DNA of 64,000 nucleotides from Rhizodiscina lignyota (GCA_010015805.1 ML978121.1:558001-622000); one strand, 5' to 3'; positions 14,105 through 26,671 are shown, counted from the first letter of the stretch. The notes: generated from the letters alone by a model not told the origin. Numbers and translations are program-made.

Positions 14105-15108
14105 AAATGGGGCGCAAATGCGGTAGTACCTCTCAAGCGGCTGCTGAGACAGGAACCACGCTATACTGGGGGAGGACGAGTGTGCTCGAGGCGCGCAGGC
14201 GAGCTGCCTTGGGGGCGGTCCGCTTCACGGCCGCGTGCTGTTCGAGTGGAGTTTCGCGAGAGCGAGTTTTCTCGAGAGGAAGGACAGAGCGACAGCCATA
14301 GCGGAGCCGCGGTGTTGGGAGGCGAGTTCTCGGGCCTCTGTATGGGCCAGCATGTGTGTTGGTTAGAGAGGGGCTTCCCATTTGGCAGAGACAATTGGAG
14401 AGGGCAGAAAGCTTGGCTCTAGGCCCTGGAGGCTCTATGCTGTGCTGAGGCTAGCCCGGCGATATGCAAAGGTGCGTCGCAGAGTAAGGCGGCCTCGTCG
14501 GCCAATGGGAGCGCGCATGCAGGTGCAAAAGAAATCCGCATCACATCGACGGCGCTTAACAACGTTCTACAAGGAAGCTGGTGAGCGCTGCCGGCATCCT
14601 TCGCTCTGTGCACCTGCATGCGCGGATTATGGATGGTGGTGTCGAGAGCGAGCATGAAGTGATTACGGACTGAGATCATCTTCCTCAGCGACCGTTACTG
14701 TAGAGGGTAAGGGCGCACTCGCAGCGAACGCATTGTGGGCGAGATACCTCCCAAAATAGCACGGTTCGGGACGAAGACCCGCTTGGAGCGATCGCGGGCC
14801 ATCATCTGACAACGCGGAAATACGGCGCTGAGAAATATCAGAAAATAATGGTGTTTCCGTGGCGAATCATGCCCTGCTAGCCGCTTGGTGATAATGCGCA
14901 GGAGCTAGTCACAGCAGAGGAATACGCTCAGTGCATGATGCATTCGACAATGTAGATCTCAACTCCATATGATAGCTCGCTTTAAGATGCCTTGTACGAC
15001 GACTCCCTCGGTCAGAGCTGGCAATTTGTCGGGAAAGGGACGAAATACTTATATACAAAGACATGCTGACGAAAGTTAAGCAGGACGCCGGAAATATGCA
15101 GTCGTCAC

Positions 15109-16342
15109 TCATTTAGCAAATTTCTTGTGCACGTCGATGACCTTCTGCACCTCGTCGTAGCTGCCCAGGAAGATGCCCGACCGATCGTGGATATGTTCTG
15201 GGACGACTTCGAGCATTCTCTGCATTTTGCTGTTCACTGCCTGGCCACCAGCTAATGATCTTGTCAGTCTGCGAACGGATAATAGGAATGACATCGCTTG
15301 CTTACCTTGCTCAAACACCAAGGCCATGGGAGCACACTCGTACAGGATACGAAGTTTGCCTTTTGGGCTCTTTTTGTCCGCCGGATAGGCGAAAATGCCG
15401 CCGTATAGAAGAGTTCGGTATGCGTCGGCGACCATGGAACCAATGTACCTGGCACTGTACGGCTTGCCACCTTCTCCTGGGTACTTTAATTCGTTCACGT
15501 ATTCCTTGACCGGATCCTCCCAGTACAAGCTGTTCCCCTCGTTAACTGAATAGATGGCCCTCTTCTTCGGAATCTCCATGTTGGGATGCGTCAGGATGAA
15601 TTCGCCAAGGGCATTGTCGAGCGTGAATGCATTCACTGGTCCACCCTTCATGGTCAGAACCAACATTGCGGACGCGCCGTACATTGTGAATCCAGATGCG
15701 ACCATTTCAGTACCTGCCCTCAGCAGGTCCTCTTTTGTCCCTGTTGCACCTTCAGGCAGTTTGTAGATGCCGAAGATTGTGCCCACAGAAACACCGGCGT
15801 CGAGATTAGACGAGCCATCAATAGGATCGCATGCGACAACATATCTGGCATCTGGATGCTCGTCGAAGGAAATTATGTTCTCTTCTTCCTCGGAAACCAA
15901 TGCTCGGACACGACCAGAGCTGCGCATGGCAGCGATGAAAAGATCGTTGCTAATGACATCCAGCTTCTTCTGGTCATCGCCTGTGGTATTCGAGGAACCC
16001 GCAAGACCGGTCAGCTAAAGGGAAAGTTAGTTTTACTCCACATCGATCTCAAAGCGTGTGCCCATACGTTGATCAGAGTAGCTCGTCGGATGTAGTACGC
16101 AATGCTCTTAAAGGCAAATTGAAGGGCGTGGCATAGCAGTCTAGCACGCGACCAATGAGTATGGAAAATTTATCTCCTTCATCAAATAATTGGACCCACG
16201 TGAAGTCTCCTGTCGCTTCCTTATGCTTTGTCTGCTCTTCCGTGAGGAATCTTGTAAGAGTGACGATGTCAAGGTTGATCTTCTCCTGCCCCACAGCTCC
16301 TCCCGCTTCGCCATTGCCATTCGCGCTCCCGTTTGTAGCCAT
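15109..16342 (-). CDS. FBP1: Fructose-1,6-bisphosphatase; exons 16342-16200, 16140-16068, 16014-15306, 15251-15109
   Basis: DPIDGSSNLDAGVSVGTIF, RYIGSMVAD, GKLRILYEC motifs; three canonical introns. Confidence 0.97.
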
Positions 16343-16694
16343 TGTGAAAGATGGGGTTCTCGAAGGTTTGGTAAAGGAGATGAATGAAGACTGCGAATTT
16401 GAAGAGAGACAACGGAAATGCGCCAGTCAGCTGGGTATGATCGGGCACGCGGAGCTATGCTCGGTTTTCGTTCCTGGCGTTTCCTAGTAGTCTCGAATGA
16501 TAATGCAGGCCTCGGCAATGGAACAGCGGCTCTGAGCGTCTTTAAAGGTTCGAACTGAAAGAAGGGAGGAGATGACGTCTGTCAGAATCTTTGTAAACCT
16601 ACAGTAATTGCACCGTGCATATAGACGGGGCAACCGATGCGTTTTGTACTCAGTACGCCATCGAAGCTTCCATATGACGATACCGACGTCTGGC

Positions 16695-16790
16695 CCGACG
16701 CTGCCCGCATAATTTATGGCAAACCCTTGGTCCTGCGGGGCTGAGGGGCACTGAGCGACGAGGCAAACGGATGTCACCCGACATCATCCG
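16695..16790. promoter_or_regulatory. Two CCG-N7-CCG sites (AcuK/AcuM, AOD2/AOD5 type) upstream of FBP1, flanking a CreA-type GCGGGG
   Basis: CCGacgctgcCCG at 16695-16707 and CCGacatcatCCG at 16778-16790; SYGGRG match at 16735-16740. Confidence 0.6.
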
Positions 16791-19018
16791 CCATCGGGGC
16801 GAGCAGGGTGTGTTGGAACTGAGTGCCTAAGCCAAGCAGTGTGGATAATCAATTCCATTGTCGGGAGTTGAAGATAGCAGATGCAACACGGAACTACAAA
16901 AGGCGATATCGGATCAAGGGACAGCGGTATCACGTCCTCGTCGATGCTGTCGGACAGTCGGCGGCTCTCTCGAGTCGGCGATCGCCCCAATGATTATCCG
17001 AGTGCCAAGCTTTCAATATTGCCAAGAAATCTGAAGCTCTTTGAAATTTCCGTCTGGGGTCTCCAAAATTTTTACAAGTAACAACTTAAGCAGAACCGCC
17101 ACAACCCAACAATAGGCTTCGTCTTCAAATTCTTTAATCCGTATGATGTAAGTCAGGCTTCTCTACTTCAACACCTCCCTGATGAAACGCATAACCGCAA
17201 CAAACTAGAGTCTTTGACCTCCATCGAGGCATGAAACTGTATTGCACACGTCAGTCTGAATATACATCAATCTACCTCTGCATATACTCAATCAATTCAG
17301 CATGAGTTGCTAATGTATCACAAAGGTGATCAAGAAAGCTTGACGCGTTGTAACGCGTGATGACAGTCCAACGAGAGCAATCTATGTAAGGTGCTTTTCA
17401 TTTCGTACCCTCATGCACCTCGTAGGATGACTTTTCTGAATTAATATACGCTGGAAATTACCGACTGAGACCTAAGGGTCGGTGGCGATATCAATGGCTA
17501 TGTCTGATCTTTCAGACTCAACTAGACCTTAATACAGTGCTGTTTGTCGATTGCCTGGCTGACATGTGCGACGAAACAGGATCGTGTTCTCAATCTACGG
17601 TACGAGCTGTCCGAACCTCCCTCACACATCACCTTCATGATGAATGGCACTGGGCTCCGACATATTTTGCATGAGCGATATGCCTCATTGTGGCAGGCCT
17701 AGAAAACCTCGCCCACTGACCTTTCCGTCTCGCCGACGCCTCTTGATCGCCTGTCACAAACAGTGCTGAGAATGATTGAGCAGATGGATGACATACTTGA
17801 CAATAATTGAGAGCGGGCGAATTCGTCGACGTGATGGTGGTTAACGATACCTCAATCCCAATCGACAAGAACACTGCGTAGCGTAGCTTTGGGGACGGTT
17901 GACACACTCCATGGCTGCTATTCGCTTTCTAGCTAGGAATAGTTGGCAAGCGTTTTAGAGCTGTTCGAGTTGTTGTTCAGTGCCCTGGTGGGAGAACCTG
18001 GCTTGCTGTGGATCGGTTTACCGGAACTTAGCCTGTGGAGAGGAGCCGACTGCAGACTCTTATTGTAAGTCCCATGCCACTATAATATACACGAGTAACT
18101 GGACTCTTTTGCCTGCATGATGAAGCACAAGTATGATGACGAGTCTGATTCGGTTTACCGATGGAGACAAAACCTTGTGGCTACCTAATCTTCTGAACAC
18201 GCACTTATCACGATTACATTTCGTTACAATCCTTAAAGTGCATCTGCTGACCTTCAAATCTCCAGTACCAGACAATATGTACGTCCCGATCTCCCTCAGT
18301 ATCCTCACCTGTAATGATGATTTCCACATCCATGACAAGCATATGTCCGAGCCACATATGGCTTTGAGGATATTTTCGACAAATGTCTGAATACAGACAC
18401 AATTTACACCTTTCACAAGTCGTCTCCACTCGCCAACATGGCTGACGATGTGACTAGACTAGCGTTACCTTGGCTGCGCTTCAAATGGGAGACGATCGCT
18501 TTATACGGTAACATCGGTAGCTCAGCTGCAATCGCTCAGTTACTGGTTGCCACCCACCGAGCCCTCGGGTGACCTATACTTTCCGCCATTGTGGATCATG
18601 GTCGGTTCTATGAAGAACCTGCGGCTAATTTCAAGTGCCACCCACCCGGGCCTACAGTGAAGAGATGCTAGAGCACTAGTCAAGCGTGGTTGAGTACACT
18701 GTGGGATGGGGGCGCCATTGGAGTCAGCCTGTGTATGGGTACGTTTGTTGCGGGGTTCTTTTACTTCTTTACTCTTTCATGATGATACACTTATATTCTC
18801 ACGACGGTCGACATAGCTACACGTTAGCATTGATGAGATGGCCCTTGACACGGCCCTTTCCCTGATCCATCTCTTTCACCTTTCAAATTTACAGAATCTC
18901 AGCACAACGTTGAAACTGACGAAAGACTAGATACTATATAGAATTCACTCAAATACATATAGACGAAGACAAATATAGAACAGTTGCGCCTTCGACCGCT
19001 TCCGATATCTAAACAAAC

Positions 19019-19888
19019 TCACTCGCTACTCCCAACCTTGGCGAGTATCTTAAAGTCCTCTTCAGTTGTATACCTCTTCATCCACGGCTTGTATCCGCAC
19101 AACCTGGCTATAGCCGCCCCGATCCTCTGAAGCTGCCATGGAATCCACCACCTCAGTGGTCCCAACCACCATGCCGACGGTAACATTACCATTGCGGATT
19201 GGGTGACATGTTGCATGAGCATGATCTGCAGCAAGTCCATCTTGACTTCGCCTGCGTCCACATCGGCAACGTACATGAATAAGTTCTTGAAAAAGCTGGA
19301 ATTGTATCCGTCGTATCAGCAGAGTTCAGGGTTGAATTGGGGGGCGAAGCACACTTACAGGGAATCCATTGGACCTGGCACATCTGTCGGATGTGCCCAC
19401 ATTAGGAGTACTGAATCTTCGGTGGCATTTGGGTCCTAAGGAAATGCACTTTAGCATATCCTTGATTTCCATAGGACAGTAGTGTTGCTTACCGGCCAGA
19501 TCGAGTGTGGCACCATTGTCCGCACGTTGACTGGCCCCATATCTGGCGTGCGTATGGTATCAATTTTGGAGTATGTTGTCGTCGTTCCAATGGAGCCCTT
19601 CAGGACTTGGAAGGTCTCGACCTGGTCGAGGTGGAGGTGCAGCGGAGGACTCTGAGTAGTGAGCAAATATTAGCTTGGAGTCCCATGTCGAGGATGTGGA
19701 AGACCTGCCATGGGGTGCTTCTTTCCCTTCTTGACCAGCGGATGGTCATGTTTGAATGTTGTGCGGAGCAGGGTCGTCGCATTGCGAGAGGAGTCGGGCT
19801 TCAAGAGCTCGAGGGTGAAGGAACCTTGGAATAACGTGTACGGGCCGGCGATGCGCTGCTCATCGAGAGGAGTCAATTTCTCGGGCAT
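19019..19888 (-). CDS. Fungal cupin-like protein; exons 19888-19709, 19651-19493, 19435-19359, 19295-19019
   Basis: Cupin motif 1 PPLHLHLDQVETFQVLKG and motif 2 VPHSIWP; frames join through one probable GC-AG and two GT-AG introns. Confidence 0.75.
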
Positions 19889-20727
19889 TTTGATGAAAGA
19901 CTGAATTTTGCTGGGCAAGCTTTCACAGAGCTTGTTCTTTTAACAGGAGAGCGAAATTGTGATTTTGCTTTGATCGCATGATTAATGATACGCGACGCCC
20001 TTTTGCTTTCCCCACGCCGCCCCTAGAATCCTGTGCAACGGTAGGGATTTTAGCTTCGGGTGAGAATGATCCTTAGATGTTGGTTGAAGGACGTATCTCC
20101 GACCCCATGCGGCAATTCAAAAGCATTGAGGCTCAATTTGGATAGGCTACGGAGCATTAGAGCGCTCTTCGCTTAAGAGCGCCACCGAGCTCGAGCATCG
20201 AGGCGCCCGATCCTTTTCTAGCCTCCCCCTGTGAGCGAGTCCCTGAAGGCTGACTCAGCTGGATGAATGTTCAATATAGCACAATCAAGGCTACCGTCTG
20301 CCGATTTTAGACTTGCTGTTCGAATAGCGGACCAAAATATGCGGAGCAATGTACTAGTTCGGCCATAGATCTGTCGTGCTAACAGTGCACCCTTAATCCA
20401 TAAAGCAAGGGCAGGCCCTTCAGGCTTGTCGGGTTCAAGGTAGTTGCCCAAATATTAAGACGCGCTAAAACTCCGGAGCTGGCTATAACAACAGTGAAGG
20501 GTTTTCAATGTAAGGGGTAATTTTGAGCTGGCTTCCGTTATGACCTGACGCGTAGATACGCCACGGTACAGAGAGAAGAAGTGACTCCTTCAACTTGGTG
20601 AAATTAAAGGATAACATGCTGAGGTTCACGTGCTGGAGTCCTCACATTTTAAGCAACTTTGTAGCACGAGTTCCAATTCCGACTGAGCACTGTAGCTACT
20701 TCCCAGTCACTATTCATCCTGCTAAAC

Positions 20728-20930
20728 GACAATACACTAAGTCTGCGCTCTGCTGGCTACTCGACGAAGAGTACCTTGGTCATTCTCAGAACAACGATGA
20801 CGCTAATATAGATAGAACTTAGGACGTATTGGAGAATATTATTACCAAGTCTGCCGACAGGCTAGATGATATTCAAAGACTGCTGTCACTATACAAACAA
20901 GTCTACCTTCCAAGCTGTTCGATTGGAGCC
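20728..20930 (+). pseudogene. Degenerate fragment of a PNP_UDP_1 domain 5' end
   Basis: Across frameshifts it reads YT..VCAL..LDEEY..NDDANI..LGRIGE..SLPTG*M..AVTIQ..KSTFQAVR, colinear with the downstream gene. The 17-mer aacttaggacgtattgg is identical at 20816-20832 and 21285-21301. Confidence 0.75.
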
Positions 20931-21149
20931 CATGGATGATGCGCCCTGGAACACTTGCTTGCGCATCATTGGCCTAAGAGCCCTCGGCGAAGCGACGGGG
21001 CGTAACGCGAGGCTGAAGAGATGGGATGTTACCGCAACGAGGCTGAACCTCACCATGACATTGATCAAGACTCTTCCACCAGGCATTCGCGGCCTTCCAA
21101 GCTGAATCGAAGCACTCTGCAATTTGATGCAGAGCTGTCATAAGTGAAC

Positions 21150-24100
21150 ATGGCACCCCTTCTCAATCGCGGCGACTATACAGTGGGATGGGTTTGCGCG
21201 TTGCCGATCGAGCTGGCAGCGGCGCGGCTGCAACTAGACGATACGCACACCAATATCAGTATCGACGGTGACACAAATATCTACAACTTAGGACGTATTG
21301 GGGAGCATAATGTTGTACTTGCGAGTCTACCGGCCGGCCGTACTGGAACCAGCTCCGCCGCCGCTGTCGCGATGCAAATGAAATCGGCCTTCCGGGGTAT
21401 CCGATTTGGACTAATGGTTGGCATTGGAGGCGGCGTTCCCACTGCAGCAGATGTCCGGCTTGGAGATATTGTGGTCAGTCAGCCGGAGAATGGCCATGGC
21501 GGCGTTATACAATATGGTTTTGGCAAGAGTACCCCCACCGGATTCGAGCGAATAGGATTCCTCAACGCTCCTCCCCAGATATTGCTAAACGCAGTCACGC
21601 AACTGAGATCGAATCGGTACCTCGAGATGAGCGACCTCCTACCACACATATCAAAGCTAGAGAAGATACCCGCATTCCGCCGCGAAGAAGCAGGCGTTGA
21701 TACACTGTTTAATGGAGACTACAACCATACTGGAGGGAAGACCTGTGAGTCATGCGACAATACAAAGAAGCGACAAAGGGATCCACGAACAAAAGCAGGC
21801 CCTGTAATCCACTATGGCACGATCGCTTCTGCAGACCAGGTGATGAGGAATGGAGTGACTAGAGATCAGGTCAGCTCGGAATTTGGAGGAGTACTCTGTT
21901 TCGAGATGGAAGCGGCAGGGTTGATGGACAATTTCCCGTGCTTGGTCATTCGAGGGATATGCGATTATGCCGACTCACACAAGAATAAGAGGTGGCAGCC
22001 GTATGCAGCAGGTACAGCAGCGGCATGCGCGAAAGAGCTGCTGTCGTTAATACCAGCAGTGGATGTAGCGAAGACACAGACCGCAGAGGAGGCAGTGAGA
22101 GGTTAGTGTAGTCATTATAAATATAGTTTTCCGTAGGGTAATCACATTGACGCGTCGTAGAGCAAAGCCGCAAGCCTACATTCTACTTTCCATTCCCCCG
22201 GAATCGACGATTTGTCGGACGAAGAACAGCACTGGATAATTTGAAGCAAAAGCTGCTTGTGGACAAGGACTGCCAGAAAGTGGCGCTCGCTGGGCTCGGG
22301 GGCATCGGCAAAACCCAAGTTGCACTCGATTTTGCGTATTTAGTCAAAGAAACCCACCCAGAATTTTCCATCTTTTGGGTACCAGCCTTGAGTATGGAAA
22401 TGTTTGAGCAAGCGGCCCAGGAGATTGCGCGAGCATTGGGAATACGTCAGGCCCCAGGGCACAAAGAAGATATAAAAAGACTTGTCAAGCAACGTCTGAG
22501 CGTAGCACAGGCGGGCAAGTGGTTATTGATCGTGGACAATGCTGATGACATGGAAATCCTCTATCCAACTGGACAAAAGGAAGGAATACTGGACTTCCTG
22601 CCTGAAAGCGATGACGGCTTAACGGTATTCACGACCCGGCACTATGAAGTTGCGCAATCTCTAGCCGGCATTGATGTAGTGGAGCTAGAGAAGATGGGGA
22701 GACAAGAGGCGGTTGACTTATTGGAGAACTCGTTAGTTCGAAAAGGCCCTCCTCTCGACGATGCACTCGTCACAGATCTCCTTACTGAGCTGGACTATCT
22801 CCCGCTGGCGATCACTCAGGCGGCAGCATACATCAACGTCAACAAGAGCTCTGTCCCAGACTATGTACGACTATTGAAGAATACGGAGAAGGACGCTGTT
22901 ACGGTGATGAGCAGAGAATTTCGTGACAACACAAGATACCGGAGTTCAGCTAATGCAGTAGCCACCACATGGATTGTATCATTCAACCAGATCTCGAAGA
23001 GCGATACCGACGCAGCAAAAATCCTCGAATTCATATCCTTCATTGAATGGAAAGCAATCCCGCACTCGATCTTGCCTCCGATTCAGCCAGAAGCCCGAAT
23101 GGCGAGTGCCATCGGCATGCTCCGTTCATATGCATTTGTGACTAGAAGAGGAGGTGAGATGATATACGATATGCATCGGCTAGTTCACTTGGCCACAAGG
23201 ATCTGGATCAATCGAAACCGCCGTAGGGGATGGGCTTGGGCGGAGGCAGTCCGACACCTATCTACCATCTGCCCATGGCCCGAGTATGAGAATCGTGAGA
23301 TATGGAGAGAATATCTGCCGCACGCGGTACGAACCAGCAAAGACGAGCAGGCCGAAGATACAGAGGAGAAAATGGCACTGTGCCTCAGGATTGGGAAATG
23401 GCTGTACATTAACGGAAGGATTCGCGAAGCCGTTTTGTGGGTGGAAGAGTCATGCCATTGGAGGCAGAAGGAGCTGGCAGAGTGGAATGACGATCGGCTT
23501 TCAGCGGAGCACGTACTCGCAATAGTATATGAATCAAACGGCCAAATAAGGGAGGCAGTAGAGCTNNNNNNNNNNNNNNNNNNNNNNNNNNNNNNNNNNN
23601 NNNNNNNNNNNNNNNNNNNNNNNNNNNNNNNNNNNNNNNNNNNNNNNNNNNNNNNNNNNNNNNNNNNNNNNNNNNNNNNNNNNNNNNNNNNNNNNNNNNN
23701 NNNNNNNNNNNNNNNNNNNNNNNNNNNNNNNNNNNNNNNNNNNNNNNNNNNNNNNNNNNNNNNNNNNNNNNNNNNNNNNNNNNNNNNNNNNNNNNNNNNN
23801 NNNNNNNNNNNNNNNNNNNNNNNNNNNNNNNNNNNNNNNNNNNNNNNNNNNNNNNNNNNNNNNNNNNNNNNNNNNNNNNNNNNNNNNNNNNNNNNNNNNN
23901 NNNNNNNNNNNNNNNNNNNNNNNNNNNNNNNNNNNNNNNNNNNNNNNNNNNNNNNNNNNNNNNNNNNNNNNNNNNNNNNNNNNNNNNNNNNNNNNNNNNN
24001 NNNNNNNNNNNNNNNNNNNNNNNNNNNNNNNNNNNNNNNNNNNNNNNNNNNNNNNNNNNNNNNNNNNNNNNNNNNNNNNNNNNAAGGAAAGACGCTTGCG

Positions 24101-24730
24101 GAGGATCACCCAGACCGACTAGCATCACAGCAGCTCGCAGAGACCCATCCCGAGCGCCTAACATCACAGCATGCGCTCGCACAAGCATATCTAACAAACG
24201 AGCAGGTAGCGGATGCAATCGAGCTACTCGAGCACGTTGTTACAATGAGACAGCAGCTCGCAGAGACCCACCCCAGCCGCCTGGCATCGCAGCACGAGCT
24301 CGCACGAGCATACTACGCAAATGGCCAGGTGAAAGATGCACTCAAGTTGTTCGAGCACGTGGTTGCTGTGGAGCAGAAGGTCCATGCAAAAGATCATCCG
24401 TCGCGGCTAGTATCAGAGAAGTCGCTTGCATATATCCATGAGCAGTCGTCGGGAGCACTTGAAACCAACCGGTCATCTGTGCATGGAGGTGTCATTGCTG
24501 ACGACGGAAATAAAAGCCAGCTTGATGAAGTGATCAAAGCTGCAGAAAGCCTATCCGATAACGCAGAGACCTTGGCGGACTGTGGGCAGAGTAAAGGGAC
24601 AGTTGTTAAGAGATCGGACCGCCTGTCAGAGTGTGGAGAAACACGGCCGAGCGTCCCTTTGAAGGCAAAGACATCAATGGTAGTGCGGTTGAAAGGCATC
24701 CTGGGTAAGAAAGGCAAAGGCTCATGTTGA
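21150..24730 (+). CDS. NLR-like STAND protein PNP_UDP_1 - NB-ARC - TPR; exons 21150-22101, 22161-24730 (contains N gap)
   Basis: PNP: DYTVGWVCALPIE, GLMVGIGGG, CFEMEAAGLM, IRGICDYADSHKNK. NB-ARC: P-loop GLGGIGKT, WLLIVDNADD, YLPLAITQAAAYI, YDMHRLVH. TPR units LAExHPxRLxSQHxLA. Intron 22102-22160 joins the frames. Confidence 0.92.
23566..24083. other. Assembly gap (518 N) inside the TPR repeat array
   Basis: N run flanked on both sides by TPR-coding sequence. Confidence 0.99.
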
Positions 24731-26671
24731 CAGTCTCTTGTATATTAGTAGTCGCGTGGGCAACTGTACCAATGGAATGACTTAAACAATGAGTTTGTGG
24801 GGAAGGACGTTGATTTTCATTGCCTACTACTGTGTACGGTGCAAAAGAATAGCGTACCCAAGAAACAACAATGGTTGCTTCCGATGCTAAAATTGCGCCG
24901 CAGAGTGTTTCAATATCTACACTATTCAAGATTAGCTTTCAGTCCTCGTCACCCCGTACAGGAATACAACTGACTCATAACAAGCGGAATTAAAAGGGGA
25001 GACAGAGCAACCCCTATTTACGATGCTACCTGTACAGGCATGAATCTCTTGAAGGCCGGCTCCCCTCAATAGCGATGTAGCAGTACAGACCTGTGCCCAG
25101 GTGAGTAGTATCGGATGGTACGAAGTTTTGACATCGCTGTTAGCAAGTTACTTGCTAAGTCAGGACACTAAGAGTGTATTCGCATCTAGCGGCTCAATCT
25201 CGATCTAAGGTTCCACGATGAACGTTGGCTGCCGATTATCGACAGTGTCACACTCTTCGTCATAGGTGTGGGCAGTGTATGCTCCCTCGAACTCATCAAC
25301 GGTGAGGGCCTCCATATAATAGTAGCCTGTGAATGATGCCTTTGCCAGGTAGCTTTCGTTTTCAGTTCTCGCAAGTCTTTCCAACCGAACCTCTTCCGGC
25401 TAGGTGAACAGCCGACTATTAAACCGAGTAGGGCTCTAGTGGGCAGACAGTGCAAACGCCGACGCCGCTGGGCATGAGGAGCGTGTCTTCTGCAGTATTT
25501 GCCGTTTTCGTCGTCGCTTTCCTGGCTACGGAGAGGAGAGACAACGCCGGGGAAATGGTAGCAAATGTGGAACGACTCGCAGACAAAGGCGGAACATTCG
25601 CAAATGAACGACTACTTGATAGAAATAAGGGCACTCTTGCTCGTTTTTCCCGGTAGGATCGATAGGGTTGCAGATCGAGGCTTCAGGTAGTTGCTGTGCC
25701 GCAATCTCATTCTATCCGTGCTTCAACCGCTCGAGCCGATAGTCCGGCTTCTGGGAGCCAGCCCTATGGAAGAGAAAGATGACATATGCATCTATGACGT
25801 TACCGAGTGAGATCTGAGAGTTGAAAGAGGAGTTAGAGAACCAAAGAATGTAGGCACTGAATCCACTTTGCATTCTCTCATTTCGATTGAACCACTATTT
25901 CAAGGGAAGTCTACAAACACGAAGTTCTTGAAGGGATCAAAGAACAAGCTCTGCAATCAAACATCGGCTCATAACGAGAAGAACTCTTCGAAGTCGATCC
26001 ATGAGGATATTCGGGAGCAGGAGAGAGTCGTGTGGAGGGATGAGTGGAACGGGAGGCAGCCGAGGGCGGCGCCAATCGATTACCCCAGCTGTGCGCAAGT
26101 CGAGAAAGCCAGAAGCAGGCAGTAGCTTCTGCACGATGTGAAGATTGAAGGGAGTCTGCTGATGCGGGCTGCGTGAATGCGCACCCGGCGGCTTTCTAGG
26201 CATATTGATTCACAATTCATCACGGCCGCTTTGGAGGCCGAGTGCTGGAGTCTCAATGCGCGATCAGCAGGCTACGCCCGTTGGGGGAGGCGGGCGCTAA
26301 CTATGCCAGATTTATACGGCAGCGCTGATGCCGGCACGCCCAGTGCGCCGTGCTCGCACCCGCAGCACGCCAATCATCGCCCGTATCGCCCTGCTCTGCA
26401 CCTGCATTGGCTGCAATCCACGCTCCTCCACCTGCAGCAGGCCGTGAAAGCGGTCGTCAACGCCCTTCAATGGCTGCGATGCGCTGTGAGAGCGGCACCA
26501 TGTCGTACTTTAGTCGGCGCGACCCTCCGTGTGTCGCCAGCCGCCGACGACTCCTCAAACCTCAATATCACCATCCTCGCCGCCGACCCTCTCGAAGATC
26601 GAGAGAAGAGTGTCTGTCGAACGGACAGCTCGACAAATACCCCACCCGACCAACCTCCAAGTCGTCGAACA

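Noticed and set aside
18515..18612. TAGCTCAG A-box-like sequence suggesting a tRNA
   Set aside because: No GTTCRA T-loop at proper spacing and no cloverleaf
20162..20182. Hairpin GCGCTCTT-N5-AAGAGCGC
   Set aside because: Isolated 8-bp stem with no supporting context
25140..25158. Palindrome TTAGCAAGT-T-ACTTGCTAA downstream of the NLR
   Set aside because: A single 9-bp-arm palindrome is within chance expectation for 64 kb; no TIR partner or transposase nearby
26177..26671. 165-codon in-frame extension upstream of the membrane protein
   Set aside because: GC-rich, no recognisable protein character; the signal-like segment starts at 26672. It cannot be fully excluded without transcripts
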